Shown here piece after piece: positions 51,060-62,200 of a stretch of 64,000 nucleotides of DNA. Every line of letters starts with the position of its first letter. The first letter of the stretch is position 1. Source of the stretch: Macrostomum lignano (Eukaryota); NCBI GenBank assembly GCA_002269645.1, contig NIVC01000092.1:1-64000 (forward strand). The letters are read 5' to 3'. Made by a program: the position numbers and the translations under genes. Under the pieces are notes generated by a model. The model did no database searches. It saw only the letters and a list, made by a program, of their open reading frames with translations, and was not told the DNA's origin.

Positions 51060-51500
51060 CAATAAAAGATGTAAATAATTAGAGGTACAAATAAAATAAA
51101 TAGTTACTATTAGTATCAGATAAAACAAATAAGTAAAGCAGCAATAAAATTTGCTCATAAATATAGTCTGAAAAGCAAAAAGCTGTAGCTACTTTTAATA
51201 AACACCCGCGTTGTTTAGCGAGTTGAGTCTCCCGTTCTCACTTCCAAAGTGGGAATATATTCCTTCGCAGGACGAGTTTGCCGAGAGAGCTCTGATAAGA
51301 TATGCCAAGTTATATTTAGTTTCTGTCTACGTACATCTGCGCTGACGAATGACATCGGCTGAAATGTCATGCTTGAAAATTTTCTGAGTCACTTTCGATG
51401 ATAATAATAATTATCGCACTTGATGATAAAATCGCAGTGGATACAATCGTAGTACTACCTAAGCTCCATAGTTCATTCATTAGTGTAACAAAAAGGAAAA
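51060..51500 (-). pseudogene. CDS-deleted third copy of the CUB/lectin locus (3' flank fused to 5' flank)
   Basis: ~51140-51225 matches the copy-2 3' flank at ~52200-52270. ~51250-51440 matches the copy-1 upstream region at ~48742-48930. No coding sequence lies between them. Confidence 0.7.
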
Positions 51501-51593
51501 TTTTCTCTGCAGGTCTTTCTCACTCGTGACTTATCGACCTGACTGTCGTGTGCTATTCGACACAGTGCAAACTATTCTTCAATTCAGATGTGT

Positions 51594-51850
51594 GCTCTCG
51601 AAGGCGTATTCAGCATGCCAGTGAATTATGAGACAGACTAGGCCTACGGGCTACGGTCTGTGATGCTTCACATCTGCCCCTCTTTCTTCAGCAGGTAAAG
51701 ATTGGCGGGAGATCTGCACCATCTATTTGCTTCTGGCAACCGCAGACTCCTCCACGCTGTCCCGCAAGTCGGCCCAGGGGTACTCGTCCCCGCGAGTGTT
51801 TAAGGCAGACCCTAGGGCTGAAGGACAGACACTGCTCCCCAATGCTGGTA
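51594..51850 (+). mobile_element. Solo 5'-end (ribozyme) fragment of the same LINE family, degenerate
   Basis: Aligns colinearly with the reverse complement of 33311-33063 (GAAGG.GTATTCAGCA.GCCAGTGAA...GGGTACTCGTCCCCGCG.GTGTT.AAGGCAGACCCTAGGGCTG). No ORF or tail follows. Confidence 0.88.
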
Positions 51851-52279
51851 CCAGTCAAAAACTCAGTCATCGCCTTGTCTAGGCGATTTAAGTAATTTGA
51901 ACAACTATGCAATTTAAGTAAAACTTTTGGCAATAAGAATATTTTTCAAAATCAACTAGAGAGTCAGGCAATGTAATATTTTTATGATTTCAACACAGCT
52001 TAGTAAGATTTTATGAACTTTCGCTTTTTACAGGCTTGGATCTCAATCGATAAAAGCTACGAGTATCTGCATTCCATTGCACAGCTTATTAATTTATTTA
52101 GTGATCGTAATCTGACAATAAACGATGCAACTCATTTGAGGTTTAAATTTTGTTTTATTACAGTAAAAATAAATTATTAGCAGGATAAGTATAGCAGCAT
52201 AAAAATTTCGGACAAATATAGTCTGAAAAGCAGAAAGCTGTACTTTAAAAAACTGCCCGTTGTTTAGCAATCAGTGTCG

Positions 52280-53580
52280 CTACTTATTGAATCCTGCATT
52301 CACCTGGCCGCCACTACCGCTAGCCATCACTGCAGCATCGTAGCTCGGAGGCGCAGCAGTGTACTGCGGGTACTGTGGGGCTTGTGGGTACTGCGGCTGC
52401 GTCGGGTACGGCTGAGACCCCGTCAGGTACTGCGGCGCAGCGGGGTAGCTGCCGGCAGGCGGCGGGACCGTCACTTGACCGGAGCTGACCACGACGGAAC
52501 TGGCGCCCTGGGCCCGTCGGCGCGCCCGACTGCGCATGCCGGAGTAAATGCCGACCACGATGAGACCGCCGACGAACAGCACCGCGATGACGACGCCCCA
52601 GACCCAGGCCCTGCTGCTCTGCAGCACATAATTGTTGGGCACGGTGTAAAACCGACTGGTGCCGCCCGCCGGTGCTGAGCAGGCAAACTTATTCCGGTTG
52701 CTGCAGTTGTTCATGTAGATTGCGTAATACGAGTTCTTGTCCTTGAAAGCGCCGCAGCGTTCGGACGAATAGCAGCTGGACGAAGAGCCACCTGAGTAGC
52801 AGCTGATCTCCGATGTCCTAATAAAGTTACAGGTGGTTCAAAATTCAAACCCACGAAAACAGGATATGCTATGTAAGATAAAAGTAAAAAAAGATCTAGA
52901 CATTACCAGAATTGTCGCCTTCCACTCAGCCAGTAGTGCGAGAATCGAGCCGAGCGGTCGGTCAGTCCGATCCAGGTGTAGTAGCGCCTCAGGCTGGTCG
53001 GAAGCATACGCATGAACGAGCCAATGTTGCTCTGGTACGCAAGCGGAACATGTAGGAGATTCGAGCGCATGCTGTTGCAAGCTCGCTGAGCGTCAAGGTA
53101 GTTCCGGCTGCTTCCAATGCTGTCAGTACCGAAGCAGGTGCCGCTGATGTACGTCCAGCCGGGAATGCAGCCGTTGAGGTCCATTGCTCGAACTCGGACT
53201 GTGACGCCCTCGCTGTTCGACCGGTCTCCGGTCGCATCGAAGCGGACCTTTAGCGACTTCGACGGCGTCAAGATGTTGTGCTGGTAGTCCGGGATGCTGG
53301 AGCCGCTAAACAGCACCTCATCACCGGAGCTGATGGTGAACACTGCCGAGCTGACCTTGAACGACTTGACTTCGACGAAGAATGCTCGGTTAGGCGACTC
53401 CGCATTGAACTCGCAGCTCATTCCGGAGGAGTAGCCGGCCTCGTTCTGGCGTCTCGTGGTCAGGTAGAAGTCCGTCAGTGAAGCGCTGACGGTGGTAGGA
53501 GAGTCCGGGCTGCAGTAGAACTGCTGCTGGGCCGTGGCCGCCGCGACGAGGCATGCCAGAAGGACCAGCAGTTTGTGCAT
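52280..53580 (-). CDS. Type I membrane CUB-like + C-type lectin receptor, copy 2 (exons 53580-52907, 52817-52280)
   Basis: Same architecture and intron position as copy 1. Exon 1 has the identical length (674 nt) and near-identical sequence. Confidence 0.85.
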
Positions 53581-54923
53581 GTTTATTGCGCGCATCGGTT
53601 GTGAGCTTATCGTCCGACTTTGCTTGGGCACGGCGCTGTTTGCGTCGCTCACGGCCAAAGCCTGCGTTTTATATGTCCTTGCCGATAAGATAAGCAAGTT
53701 CTATTTTTTCTAGCATATTATTCAATAATTTTGTGCTTTTGTAGTTGCTAGGTTTATTTAGGCAAACGCACAATTTATCAGTGACTAGTTCGGCTTTGGA
53801 ATAAGTCTACGTTGTCAGGGTTATGAGATCGAGCCGTGTCTGAGCTCACGTGAGGATTGAGCAAGTTGGAGTAGATTGAATATGAGACTCTTCGTGTCGA
53901 AAGAGTCTTTAAGATCACTATACTCGATCCAGATCAGCATTCTGCAGCTCAGCTAGGGGAAGTCCTTAAAATTGAGAATTCGTCCTGTAGCTGTGGGCTG
54001 TACTTTTTGCCCTTTAAATAGCAAATAGGGTTAAAGCATAGTACATACTGTACTGTTCGCACGGCATGCAATAAGTCAATCCCTCGTATGCTAAAAATAG
54101 AGAGAGGCTCATCGATGCAAGCAAGTTAACTGGAAGTCGGCTATAATTTTTTTTTATTTTGTGCTTTCTTCAAAGAAAGGAGATTTCCCATAGACTATTC
54201 GTGACTGACTGGTAATTGAGTAAAATGGGGAACGCACAATTCAAAAGTGTAAGCTCAGGTAGTTGACGTCTTCTGGGCGTTTCTGCTTAATTCGACACAC
54301 TTGGTCACATTTGAACAGACTGACGCTTCAGGTAAGCAGCCGGTGTGTTCTGTCTTTTCTTTAAAAAGCTTATTTATTGCAAAACCAAATTCTATTATAA
54401 AATTCTGTAAAAAATCTTCTAATATTTCTACAGTTATGATTTGAAGCCATCTAATAGCCTGTAGTTCACATGGAGGATGACTAATTAATGATTTTCTCCA
54501 TATCTGGGGTCTCGAAAGTGCGATTAAAGCACCGGCTCTCTGTTTTATGACTTACAGCTTCTTTAACACTGTTTTTCTGTAGCCAAAATTGCGCTTAATA
54601 TCTGCTTTGAAAAGCAACCGGGGTCAGAGCAGCTCTGCGTTCAACGCGTCCAACTCTCGCACCCCATGACCCATGGTTCCATTCCGTGTGCAAAAATTGG
54701 CCCAGGGTGTTGTCCTGCGATTCACACCTATGACCTATGAGGGAAAACTAGCGAGGCACAGAGAGTGTACATGCCTAACGATCAGGAGTCAGCGGAATGG
54801 GCAGAATTGCATGCCCCAGCGTTGTATGTGAGACGATATCGCCGAAGACTTGGTGTTGGAGTGTCCGCAACCCTCCTGCAGCTATTTTCTTTCAAAACCA
54901 TCTTTAAAACCCACAGTGTTGCT

Positions 54924-55610
54924 ATGGACGTCCTGGCGAGCCTAGATAGAATTCTAATCAAGCAGAAGAAGGAACTGCTCGAAGTTGTCTCCTCGTTCGA
55001 GACCAACAACCAATACGAGATCCGCGAACCCAACGGTCGGCCGTTCCTCACTGCTCAGGAGGACACGTCCTGCTGCAGTCGGCAGTTCTGTGGCAAGGAC
55101 CGGCCGTTTGTAATCAACATCTTCGACTACCAAGGCGTGCCGCAGATCCGGATCACTCGCGAGTACAAGCTGAACTGCTGTTGCCAGGGCTGCAGCTGCT
55201 GCAGCTGCTGCAAAGACCGAATCCAAGTGGAATGCCCGGTAGACCGCTGTGTGGGCTTCGTCACGCAGGAATGCGCTTTTTGTAACATCAGCTACGGAGT
55301 CTTCGACGCCCAGCACGAATATTTATTTCACATCAAGGGTCCCAGGTACTGCATGTGCACCTGCCCATGCTCCGATAAAGTTTTCAGTCTACAGACACCG
55401 GACAGGTCCACCGAGGTTGGCCAGCTGAAAAAAGTCTGGGGCGGCCTGCTCACGGAGATGATGACGGACGCTGACAGCTTTGAGCTGCTGGTGCCGGCGC
55501 AAATGCCAGTTGATCAGAAAGCCGTTCTGCTGGGCGCGGCATTTCTAGTTGACTTCATGTTCTTTGAGGACAACGCTGGCAAGTCAAAAGATGACTTCCA
55601 TAGCTCATAG
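54924..55610 (+). CDS. PLSCR: Phospholipid scramblase family protein, copy 1 (intronless CDS; probable 5'UTR intron 54332-54916)
   Basis: LIKQKKELLEV..FETNNQY, EDTSCCSRQFCG..RPF, Cys cluster, WGGLLTEMMTDADSF..FP-like, KAVLLGAAFLVDFMFFE. Confidence 0.92.
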   Translation: MDVLASLDRILIKQKKELLEVVSSFETNNQYEIREPNGRPFLTAQEDTSCCSRQFCGKDRPFVINIFDYQGVPQIRITREYKLNCCCQGCSCCSCCKDRIQVECPVDRCVGFVTQECAFCNISYGVFDAQHEYLFHIKGPRYCMCTCPCSDKVFSLQTPDRSTEVGQLKKVWGGLLTEMMTDADSFELLVPAQMPVDQKAVLLGAAFLVDFMFFEDNAGKSKDDFHSS

Positions 55611-56129
55611 CTCATAGTAATTCTAATGACAATATAAACGTACTGAGATGAGTTTATGTTTCAGCAAACCTGTCCCATACAGACGGCAAGCATTACTCCT
55701 TGAACTTTATCTTACCCGATCATTGTGAACGCCACTCACTAACTTACTTTTGCAGAAGTTGTTAATAAAGATGTGAAACGAATATCTTTCGACCATAGAC
55801 TAATTTTTGTTGAGTTCTAAGTATCGGGAGTTGCGAATATTAATATTTAGTTATTTTGTACCATGGCAGTCAAATGTTACCAAAAGTTTTGTCATCGCTG
55901 AAGCCCGCGCTGCGTCTCTGCTGTACCTGCCTGATTGACTAGCCGAAGGTAAGCGTTGGGGAAGGCTGCAAGTTGTGCCGATCTGTCAGATAGAAGGCTC
56001 ATAGGTATAGCAAGTTTTACACGACTTTTACAGCCACTTTTTGGGGCTCAGGATAAACTGATTGGGTTTCTAAAGTTGTTGAATTAATAGATTGACTGAC
56101 ATAAATACGACGTACATTTCACGTTTACA

Positions 56130-56420
56130 GCGATCGGCTTCAGGTTCACAGGAATAGAGTTCAGGTGTACGGGAAAAGGATTCTGGTTCACGGGAATCGG
56201 GTTCAGATTCACGGGAATTGGGTTCAGGTTTACAGGACGATTCTGGTTCATGGAAATCGAGTTCAGGTTCACGGGAACCGGGTTCTGGTTTACAGGAATC
56301 GGGTTCCTGTTCATGGTAATCGGGTTCAGGTTCACGAAAATCGGGTACTGGTTTACATGAATCGGGTTCTGGTTCACAGGAGTCGGGTTCGGGTTCACAG
56401 GAATCGGGTTCAGTTTTAAA
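56130..56420. repeat. 21-bp minisatellite in the probable 5'UTR intron of scramblase 2
   Basis: Unit ~AATCGGGTTCAGGTTCACAGG. Confidence 0.85.
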
Positions 56421-56512
56421 ACGGGGTTCAGGCAAGTAAAAGTTGAAGTTTAGGCATTGATTTTGACCTTGTACAAAACCATTGTCAGCTTGGCTGGTGG
56501 CAGCGGGCCCCA

Positions 56513-57193
56513 ATGGAGGTGCTCCGCCCTCTGAGCAGAATTCTCATCAGGCAGAAGATCGAACTGCTCGAGATCATCACATCGATTGAGACGAACAATC
56601 GGTACGCCATATGCGACTCGAACGGCCAGCCGGTCCTCATGGCCGAGGAGGACTCGAGCTGCTGCAGCCGGCAGTGCTGCCGCAACGACCGGCCGTTCGT
56701 GTTCAACATCATCGACCTGCGCGGCATGCCGCAGATTCGCGTCGCCAGGCACTACACCTACAACTGGTGCCAGTGCTGTAGCTGCTTGGGCTGCTGCCAG
56801 GACAGCGTCGACGTGGAGTGCCCGCCCGGCCACCCCATCGGTTACGTAATCCAGAACGGCGCCTGCTGCAACATCAGTTTCAACGTGTACGACGCCAACC
56901 TGCAGCCTGTGATGTTCCTGCGCGGGCCAAACTACTGCCTGTGCACCTGCCCGGGCACCGTGCACACCTTCAGCGTAATGACCGCCGACCAGACTGTTGA
57001 GCTGGGCAAACTGAGGAAAACCTGGGGCGGCCTGCTCAAAGAGCTGCTCACGGATGCGGACAATTTCGAGCTGCTGGTGCCGCCCGAGATGCCGGATCAC
57101 CACAAGGCGCTGCTGATCGGCGCAACCCTGCTGATCGACTTCATGTTCTTCGAGGACAACGACGCAAAGTCCAATGGAATGCGAATATTTTGA
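56513..57193 (+). CDS. PLSCR: Phospholipid scramblase family protein, copy 2 (intronless CDS; probable 5'UTR intron 55949-56488)
   Basis: LIRQKIELLEI..ETNNRY, EEDSSCCSRQCC..RPF, WGGLLKELLTDADNF, KALLIGATLLIDFMFFE. Confidence 0.92.
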   Translation: MEVLRPLSRILIRQKIELLEIITSIETNNRYAICDSNGQPVLMAEEDSSCCSRQCCRNDRPFVFNIIDLRGMPQIRVARHYTYNWCQCCSCLGCCQDSVDVECPPGHPIGYVIQNGACCNISFNVYDANLQPVMFLRGPNYCLCTCPGTVHTFSVMTADQTVELGKLRKTWGGLLKELLTDADNFELLVPPEMPDHHKALLIGATLLIDFMFFEDNDAKSNGMRIF

Positions 57194-57329
57194 GGCAGAT
57201 CGGAACTCCCGTCATTGTTTGTTTCATTTTTCATGGACAGTTTTTTGTCGACTCTCTGGTTGGATGCCAGATGACAATAATAAAATGTATTGTTTTTCAA
57301 TTGTCTTCGGCTGGCTTTTTTTACTTAGA

Positions 57330-57640
57330 GGCAGGGGCTGTGTGCACCTGGGCGCACTTTAAGCGACTCCCCTGAGCAGGCACACAAGCGCGCGGATACG
57401 TACGCAGTCATACGCACAGGCACACACTCACACAGGAGTGTACAGCGGCCCTAACTTTATATTATCGTTAGGCATGTACACTTCACTGTGCCTTGGGGGT
57501 TGGCCCTCAGGGCGTTAATTGCACGAGCAGAGCCAAGCCGAGATTCCAATTCAGCCCCAAATTTATGTGACTGCACTTGGAATCGAGCCTGGGCCGCTGG
57601 CACACCAGAGCAGCTGCGCTACCGCTGGGCTACGGAACCC
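57330..57640 (-). mobile_element. tRNA-derived SINE; partial body copies at ~19240-19325 and ~43320-43420
   Basis: Minus-strand head GGTTCCGTAGCCCAGCGGTAG (A box)...CCAGGCTCGATTCC (B box). The body motif CACTCATACAC..GCTCACAC.GG.TG.ACAG.GGCCCT.ACTTT recurs three times in the window. Confidence 0.7.
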
Positions 57641-58519
57641 CTTGGCTGGCTTTGCATGCTCTCAATATGGAAAAAGACAAATGTTTGCTACTGTTCTGTT
57701 TCTCTGTATTGCCCGGAATCACCTGATGAATCTCCTGGGACTGGGGCTGTCTGCTCTTCACTACCCGGAAGGGGGGTGCTGTTGTTCATGATGTTGTTTT
57801 CGTTATTGTTGTTGAGGATGATGTCGTTGGTGTTGGAATGTTGTTGATGATGTTGTTGATAAGGATGCATTGTTTTTGTTGTTGCTGTTGCGGTTGAAGT
57901 TGTTGCTTTTATTGTTTTAGAAGACAAGATGGCATCAAGGAGACTGAAAAGACGTCTTCCATAATCATATCTTTCTAAATTAAGTAAGTCGAAAAAAGAA
58001 GGTAATTTTTCGCGTTTATTTGCTCATCGAAAAGTTGTGTATGAATAAATTTGAAATAAAAATTGCAATATAAAAAATATTCAATTAAAAAGTACAGGAA
58101 ACATTGATAAATTTCTTCAAGTTGAGACAGATTCTCCTTCATATTTTAATATTTTAGGATAAAATATGGAGATTAAGAATTTTACGTTGATTAAATAAAT
58201 CCAAAAATGTTGCATTCCATTTTATTAAATAAATAATTTAAATCTGTTATGGCAACTTTTTATTTTTGATTTCGACATACATTTAATTTTCAACAGAAAA
58301 TTATAGTCGTACAAAATTCGATTCCTTAAATCAGCTTTCCTATGCTTCTTGTGGAGGATCATCCCGGACTTTGTAAACTCATAAATATTAATGGAATTGT
58401 TTGATAGTTACTGAAGTGGGATCTGAGGCGGTGGAATTTCAGTCGGAATACGAAAGAATTCCGACTAGGAAATTCCAACTAAAAGGTGCAGGGAAATCCT
58501 GGAGGATTGGGAATCAGCA

Positions 58520-58970
58520 GAGGAGTAACCCCTACCCCACATGGAATCACTACCCCAAGGGGAATCCCTACCCCAAGGGGAATCCCTACCCCAAGGAGAA
58601 TCCCTACCCCAAGGGGAATCCCTACCTCCAATGGGAATCCCTACCCCAAGGGGAATCCCTACCTCCAATGGGAATCCCTACCCCAAGGGGAATCCCTACC
58701 CCATGGGGAATCCCTACCCCAAAGGCAATCCCTACCCCAAAGAGAATATCTACCCCAAGGGGAATCCCTACCCCAAGGGGAATCCCTACCCCAAGGAGAA
58801 TCCCTACCCCAAGGGGAATCCCTACCTCCAATGGGAATCCCTACCCCAAGGGGAATCCCTACCTCCAATGGGAATCCCTACCCCAAGGGGAATCCCTACC
58901 CCATGGGGAATCCCTACCCCAAAGGCAATCCCTACCCCAAAGAGAATATCTACCCCAAGGGAAATCCCTA
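58520..58970. repeat. 18-bp minisatellite
   Basis: Unit GGGAATCCCTACCCCAAG. Confidence 0.95.
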
Positions 58971-59216
58971 TCTAAAAAGAGACTCTAAAGACTCTAAAGA
59001 GATTTCTAAAATTAAATTTAAATTAAATTAAAATTAATCTAATCTAATCTAATAAAAGAGGAATCCCTACCTTAAAAAGTGAGTCCGTTATACTAAAACG
59101 TGGAATCCCGAAAGGGAACACAAGATGAGAATCCCCTCACAGGACGAATGATGAGCAGGTGAGGAGGCTCTTCTTTCAGCAACACCATCTTGTCTCAGTT
59201 TCAGTTTCAAGTTTAC

Positions 59217-62200
59217 TTAAAGCAGAGCAAAATTGCCAACCAGCTCGGCAGCTGGCCCCAGAATCATCATCGAAGGCATCAGCAGCAGCAGCAGCAGCAG
59301 TTCGCCATCGAAACCGCTGCGACCGCATCCGTTGGCGGCTCCGTCAATGATTTCTTCCACATTGTACTTGACGTAGCTGTTATAGGTGACGGCGGACCGC
59401 ACCGTGACACCGCAGCAGCTGCTAAGATTGCCGCTGACAGTGCTGTTGAACTGTTGGATAGCGGACTGCAGGACAGACTGGGCCACCATGGCTTGCAGAG
59501 CTGCGAGGTGGCGTGAATGAGGAGGATATTGGGGCCTGATTTTTGGGGTGTTATTAAGGGGAGAAGATACTTGATTAGGGAGAGGGGATACCTGATTAGG
59601 GGCAGGGGATACCCTAGTAGGGAGAGGAGATACCATAGTAGGGAGAGGGGATACCTGATTAGGGAGAGGGAATACCCGACTAGGGAGAGGGGATACCCGA
59701 TTAGGGAGAGGGGATACCCGATTAGGGAGAGGGGATACCCGATTAGAGAGAGGGGATACCCGATTAGGGAGAGGGGATACCCGATTAGAGAGAGGGGATA
59801 CCCGATTAGGGAGAGGGGATACCCGATTAGGGAGAGGGGATACCCGATTAGGGAGAGGGGATACCCGATTAAGGGGAGGGGATATCCGATTAGGGAGAGG
59901 GGATATCCGATTAGGGAGAGGGGATATCCGATTAGGGAGAGGGGATATCCGATTAGGGAGAGGGGATACCCGATTAAGGGGAGGGGATACCCGATTAAGG
60001 AGAGGGGATATCCGATTAGGTAGGGTATTAGCTTGAGCCAGCTCACTCACTGGACCTTCTCCGCCTGGCCGCAGGGCACAGGGTGTTCGCAGTCGAGCTG
60101 GAGTTCGCGTACACAACCACGCCGAGAAGCCCGACATTGTCGGTGAACATGTCCTCGTTGTCAAGGTAGCCAACGTCAGCATCGGCAATCAGCTTCTTGT
60201 CCGCCGATGGGGTCTGGCGAGCGGCGGACGGGCAGCAGAGGGCGAAGTTGGCCTCGCTGGCTGTGCAGAAGGCGTTGATGGCCTGGGCCACGGCCGGGCG
60301 AAGGCGGGACCAGATGGAGGTCTTGAACTGCCGCGGTTTTCCAGTACGGGGTGCGGGTCGTTTTAACAATATAGTCTTAAAACTTCATCGTGAGAAAGTT
60401 GAGAAAGTTGTGGCTGCTGTACACTTCAGAACTTTCTAAAATCGATTTTTTCCATAGACAGTCTCGGTGAAATAATTTGTCTTGGAAAAATTCTCACCAT
60501 AGTCCTGGTCACGGGCACCTGCAGACACCGGTCGAAGGCGCAGAACTGCTCGGCTATGATGCTCAGTCGCATTCCGTTCAGGTAGAACTGCCTGTACACC
60601 TGGCACCTGGGGCCGACGAATGTTGCCGGGCACTGGCAGGCACAGCTGGCCCCCTTGAGGTCCGTGCCACCGTTCAGGCATGGCGTGGTGAGGTTGCTGC
60701 ACACCGAGCATGTCGACTTGGAGTCAGCCACTCGGTCTGAAACGCAATGTCAGAGGTTCTTATGCTTAATGGTCCTTGGTGGACTCTTGGGGATGTTTTG
60801 TTGGACTTTTAGGGAATGTCTTGGTGGACTCTTGGGGAATGTCTTGGTGTACTCTTCGGGAATGTCTTGGTGGACTCTTGGGGAATGTCTTGGTGTACCC
60901 TTCGGGAATGTCTTGGTGTAACCCTTCGGGAATGTCTTGGTGGACTCTTGGGGAATGTCTTGGTGTACCCTTCGGGAATGTCTTGGTGTAACCCTTCGGG
61001 AATGTCTTGGTGGACTCTTGGGGAATGTCTTGGTGTACTCTTCGGGAATGTCTTGGTGTAACCCTTCGGGAATGTCTTAGTCGACTCTTGGGGAATGTTT
61101 TGTTTGACTCTTAGGGAATGTCTTGGTGGACTCTTTGGGAATTTCGTGGTGGTGGTGGACTCTTCGGGAATGTCTTTTTGGACTCTCATGGAATGTCTTG
61201 GTAGACTCTTATGGAATGTCTCTTTGGATTCTTATGGAATGTCTTGGTGGACTCTTCGGGAATGTCTTGGTGTACTCTTCAGGAATGTCTTTTGGACTCT
61301 CATGGAATGTCTTGGTGGACTCTTGGGGAATGTCTTGGTGTACTCTTCGGGAATGTCTTGGTGGACTCTTGGGGAATGTCTTGGTGTACCCTTCGGGAAT
61401 GTCTTGGTGGACTCTTGAGGAATGTCTTGGTGGACTCTTAGAGAATGTCTTTGTGAACTATTGAGGAATGTCTTGGTGGACTATTAGGGAATGTCTTAGT
61501 CGACTCTTAGGGAATGTTTTGTTTGACTCTTAGGGAATGTCTTGGTGGACTCTTTGGGAATTTCGTGGTGGTGGTGGACTCTTCGGGAATGTCTTGGTAG
61601 ACTCTTATGGAATGTCTTTTTGGACTCTCATGGAATGTCTTGGTGGACTCTTATGGAATGTCTTTTTGGATTCTTATGGAATGTCTTGGTGGACTCTTCG
61701 GGAATGTCTTGGTGTACTCTTCGGGAATGTCTTTTTGGACTCTCATGGAATGTCTTGGTGGACTCTTCGGGAATGTCTTGGTGTACTCTTCGGGAATGTC
61801 TTGGTGTACTCTTCGGGAATGTCTTGGTGTACTCTTCGGGAATGTCTTGGTGTACTCTTCGGGAATGTCTTGGTGTACTCTTCGGGAATGTCTTGGTGTA
61901 CTCTTCGGGAATGTCTTGGTGTACTCTTCGGGAATGTCTTGGTGTACTCTTCGGGAATGTCTTGGTGTACTCTTCGGGAATGTCTTGGTGTACTCTTCGG
62001 GAATGTCTTGGTGTACTCTTCGGGAATGTCTTTTTGGACTCTTAGGGAATGTCTTGGTGGACTTTTCGGGAATGTCTTAGTCGACTCTTAGTTTACGATT
62101 ATTGGGTAATCAGGAAAGTTTATTGGGTTTTTCAGGATAGTTTATTTGATTATCTTGATATCTTATCCGTGATAATCCAGCGGATTATCGGGGCTGTGTG

